DNA from: an uncultured Thermoleophilia bacterium
GTDB lineage: Bacteria > Actinomycetota > Thermoleophilia > UBA2241
DNA length: 64,000 nt
Direction of reading: 5' to 3'
NCBI GenBank assembly: GCA_963715985.1
Contig: CAVQSP010000011.1
Span: 32,001-96,000, forward strand
A model generated the notes under the pieces. It was not told where the DNA came from. It saw nothing but the letters and a program-made list of their open reading frames with translations, and did no database searches. The position numbers were made by a program, and so were the translations under genes. Below, in pieces: positions 61,491 to 64,000 of this stretch. Position 1 is the stretch's first letter; every line of letters begins with the position of its first letter.

Positions 61491-62117
61491 TCAGGGGCGC
61501 CCGGCGTCCACGCGCCGGAGCTTGCGCATGACGTGCAGCATGCGCTGCAGCACGGTGAGCGAGGTGAGCGCGGCGAGCAGCCAGATGAACCAGACGAGGA
61601 CGCTCGTGCCTCCCAGGTCCCACCCCGAGAGCACGAAGCCGATGCCCAGACCCACGAGACGCTCCGGGCGCGACATGAAGCCCACCTTGCAGTCCACGCC
61701 CAGCGCCTCCGCACGCGCCCTCGTGTAGGAGACCATCTGCGAGGCGCCGAGGAACAGCAGAGCCCCACCCGCGGTCCACCACTGGTCCTGGCCGGCGAAG
61801 TAGATCGTCAGTGCGCCGGCCACCAGCAGCTCGGAGATGCGGTCCGTGGTCGAGTCGAGAAAGGCGCCGGCCTTTGTGGGACCTGCGCCGGCACGCGCCA
61901 CGGCGCCGTCGAGCGCGTCGCAGATGCCCGCGAGGACACCCAGAGGGACGGCCCAGACGAAGTGGCCGGTGAGCACGAGCGGCACGACGCCGGCCTGCAA
62001 CAGCAGGCCGAAGTACGTGAGCATGTCGGCGGTGACGCCGCGCTGTGCGAGCACGACGCCCACCTTGAAGAAGCCGCGGCGCGCGCCGTCGGTGTAGCGG
62101 GTCTTGAGGTTTGCCAC
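61491..62117 (-). CDS. CDP-alcohol phosphatidyltransferase (phosphatidylinositol-phosphate synthase-like)
   Basis: DALDGAVAR...GAFLDSTTDR, SYTRARAE and RPER. Confidence 0.9.
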   Translation of the reverse strand: MANLKTRYTDGARRGFFKVGVVLAQRGVTADMLTYFGLLLQAGVVPLVLTGHFVWAVPLGVLAGICDALDGAVARAGAGPTKAGAFLDSTTDRISELLVAGALTIYFAGQDQWWTAGGALLFLGASQMVSYTRARAEALGVDCKVGFMSRPERLVGLGIGFVLSGWDLGGTSVLVWFIWLLAALTSLTVLQRMLHVMRKLRRVDAGRP

Positions 62118-62118
62118 G

Positions 62119-62913
62119 TCAGCCGTCGCGCTCGCGCACGCGGACCGTCTGGAGCTCGCGAGTCTCGCCGGGCTGGAGGCTGACGGCCAGCGCCCAGGCA
62201 GCGGCCACCACGAGGACGCTGCCGAAGGCGTCCACGATGAAGTGGTTGCCGGTGGCGACGATGACCACCAGCACGAGGGCCGGGTACAGAAAGCCACCCC
62301 AGCGCAGCCAGCGCTGCCGCGCCAGCATGAAGACGACGAGTGCGATGAACAGCGCGTAGGCGAAGTGGAGGCTGGGCATGGCCGCGAACGGGTTGGCGAG
62401 CAGACCGTTCTCCAGAATGGCCGGGCGCTTGCCGTGCATGTAGCTCATGTCGACGATGCCGGCGGTGAAGATCATGCGTGGCGGCGCCGTGGGCAGGAGG
62501 AAGTACAGCAGCACGGCCATGAAGTTGATGCCGAGGAACCAGTTGCGGATGAGCTTCCACTGGCTGCGGCGCTGCGTGAACACCCAGACCATGGCGCCCA
62601 TGATCAGCGGAAGATGCAGGGCGCCGTACGCCCACACCATGAACCCCATGGCGCCGGGTATGGAGCTGACGTGGCTCTGCACCCACGGCTCCACGTAGAT
62701 GTGCATGGCCTTCTCGAGGTTGAGGAAGAAGAGGCCGTTGGCCATCGCCGTCGCCTCGCGCCCCACGACGACCGCCCGGGACACGTCGTAGACGGCGTAC
62801 AGGGCGAGCATGATGAGGCCCTGGCGGAGCACGTCTTCGCCGCCGGAGCGGGCGAACGAGAAGCGGGCGTCGTCGAGAAGACGCCCGACAGCGGGCTTCA
62901 TGCGGCCGTTCAC
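62119..62913 (-). CDS. PAP2-family membrane protein (Aur1/inositol phosphorylceramide synthase-like)
   Basis: PTAPPR, AAMPSLHFAY and TGNHFIVD. Confidence 0.85.
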   Translation of the reverse strand: MNGRMKPAVGRLLDDARFSFARSGGEDVLRQGLIMLALYAVYDVSRAVVVGREATAMANGLFFLNLEKAMHIYVEPWVQSHVSSIPGAMGFMVWAYGALHLPLIMGAMVWVFTQRRSQWKLIRNWFLGINFMAVLLYFLLPTAPPRMIFTAGIVDMSYMHGKRPAILENGLLANPFAAMPSLHFAYALFIALVVFMLARQRWLRWGGFLYPALVLVVIVATGNHFIVDAFGSVLVVAAAWALAVSLQPGETRELQTVRVRERDG

Positions 62914-63029
62914 GGTGCCGGTACTCCCGTCAGGTGAAGTGCATCATCGCGGCCCATCCCACGTACGATAGCAGAGCGATGGAGGGACGAGCAAATGGAT
63001 GGACGGCCGGAACGGCCGGCGAGGAGTGC

Positions 63030-63105
63030 TGGTGGGCCGTGAAGGATTCGAACCTTCGACCTTGGGATTAAGAGTCCCCTGCTCTACCAACTAAGCTAAC
63101 GGCCC
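63030..63105 (-). tRNA. tRNA-Lys(CTT)
   Basis: GGGCCGTTAGCTTAGTTGGTAGAGCAGGGGACTCTTAATCCCAAGGTCGAAGGTTCGAATCCTTCACGGCCCACCA. Confidence 0.97.
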
Positions 63106-63157
63106 ACTCGTCGCGAGGCGATATGCTACCAGCCGTCCGGGCCCTTGCCAAACCGGC

Positions 63158-63400
63158 TCAGTCTGCGCCGAAGACGTGGCGGCCGGCGACCGCGTACCCC
63201 TCTTCTTCGACGGCCGCTTCGATGGTCTCGAGCGTGACGGTGGCGGTCTCGAAGTCCACGGTGACGCTCTTGGCCTCGATGTCGACGCTCACCGCGTCCA
63301 CGCCGCCGATGGCTTTGACAGCGCCCTCGATGGCCATCTTGCAGTGATTGCAGGAGACGCTCGGCACGTTGAGCACCGCGTGCGTGGCTGCCATGGTCAT
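63158..63400 (-). CDS. CopZ-like heavy-metal (copper) chaperone
   Basis: VSCNHC HMA motif; EEEGY end. Confidence 0.88.
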   Translation of the reverse strand: MTMAATHAVLNVPSVSCNHCKMAIEGAVKAIGGVDAVSVDIEAKSVTVDFETATVTLETIEAAVEEEGYAVAGRHVFGAD

Positions 63401-64000
63401 GCCTCCTCTGGGTCGGGCTTGCCGAGCTCCGCCAGCCGGTACGTAGCGGACCTGCCTTCGCCGTGATCGACGGTGACGCTGTCGACCGGCGCGAGGAGCT
63501 CAGTGACCTTGCCTTCCCCGCCGGGCGTGGAGATCATCGCGCCGCGCTTGGGGGCGCGCTTGCGGAACGAGAGATATACCTGGTGCTCGTACTTGAGACA
63601 GCACATGAGCCGCCCGCAGCACCCCGAGATCTTGGTGGGGTTCAGCGGGAGGTTCTGGTCTTTGGCCATGCGGATGGACACCGGCTCCTGATCGCCGGCG
63701 AAGGTGGCGCAGCAGAGGCTGCGGCCGCACGGTCCGAAGCCGCCTACGATGCGCGACTCGTCGCGGGCACTCACCTGCTTGAGCTCCACGCGGCGGCGCA
63801 GACGCTCGTTGAGGCGGCCGACGAGCTCGCGGAAGTCCACGCGCTCTTCGGCGAAGAAGGTGATGGTGAGCTTGCCGCCCTCGAAGGCCTGGCGGGCGTC
63901 GACGACCTTCATGTCCAGACCGAGCTCGTCGACGAGCTCGCGGCACACGCGCTTGGCGTCGAGCTCCTCCGCGCGGTGCCCGGCCATGCCGTCCAGGTCG
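63397..64000 (-). CDS. PSP1 / RicT (YaaT) family protein, 5' part probably beyond the window
   Basis: RVDFRELV, GPCGRSLCC, MAKDQNL and KISGCCGRLMCCLKYE. Confidence 0.9.
   Translation of the reverse strand, partial: DLDGMAGHRAEELDAKRVCRELVDELGLDMKVVDARQAFEGGKLTITFFAEERVDFRELVGRLNERLRRRVELKQVSARDESRIVGGFGPCGRSLCCATFAGDQEPVSIRMAKDQNLPLNPTKISGCCGRLMCCLKYEHQVYLSFRKRAPKRGAMISTPGGEGKVTELLAPVDSVTVDHGEGRSATYRLAELGKPDPEEA

Overview
High-GC bacterial chromosomal segment, probably a deep-branching anaerobic Actinomycetota such as Thermoleophilia. This is inferred from hspR with a HAIR-like operator, PimA/Ino1-type genes and probable leaderless genes. The main signal is amber (TAG) recoding. Four MtbB-like dimethylamine methyltransferase paralogs and one MttB trimethylamine methyltransferase each carry an in-frame TAG at the known pyrrolysine position. 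One mtbB reads in frame into a Pyl-free MttB domain. Two of these operons share a near-identical palindromic operator and flank a TetR gene. A sixth in-frame TAG interrupts a secreted 9-heme cytochrome c. The window also holds a pyrogallol-phloroglucinol transhydroxylase (athL/bthL) operon, a dnaK-hsp20-grpE-dnaJ-hspR-clp operon, an inositol-lipid cluster, tRNA-Thr(TGT), tRNA-Lys(CTT) and a candidate 6S-like RNA. No pylTSBCD genes or corrinoid partner protein were seen. About a dozen genes carry frameshifts that look like long-read assembly errors, so single-base claims need read-level checking.
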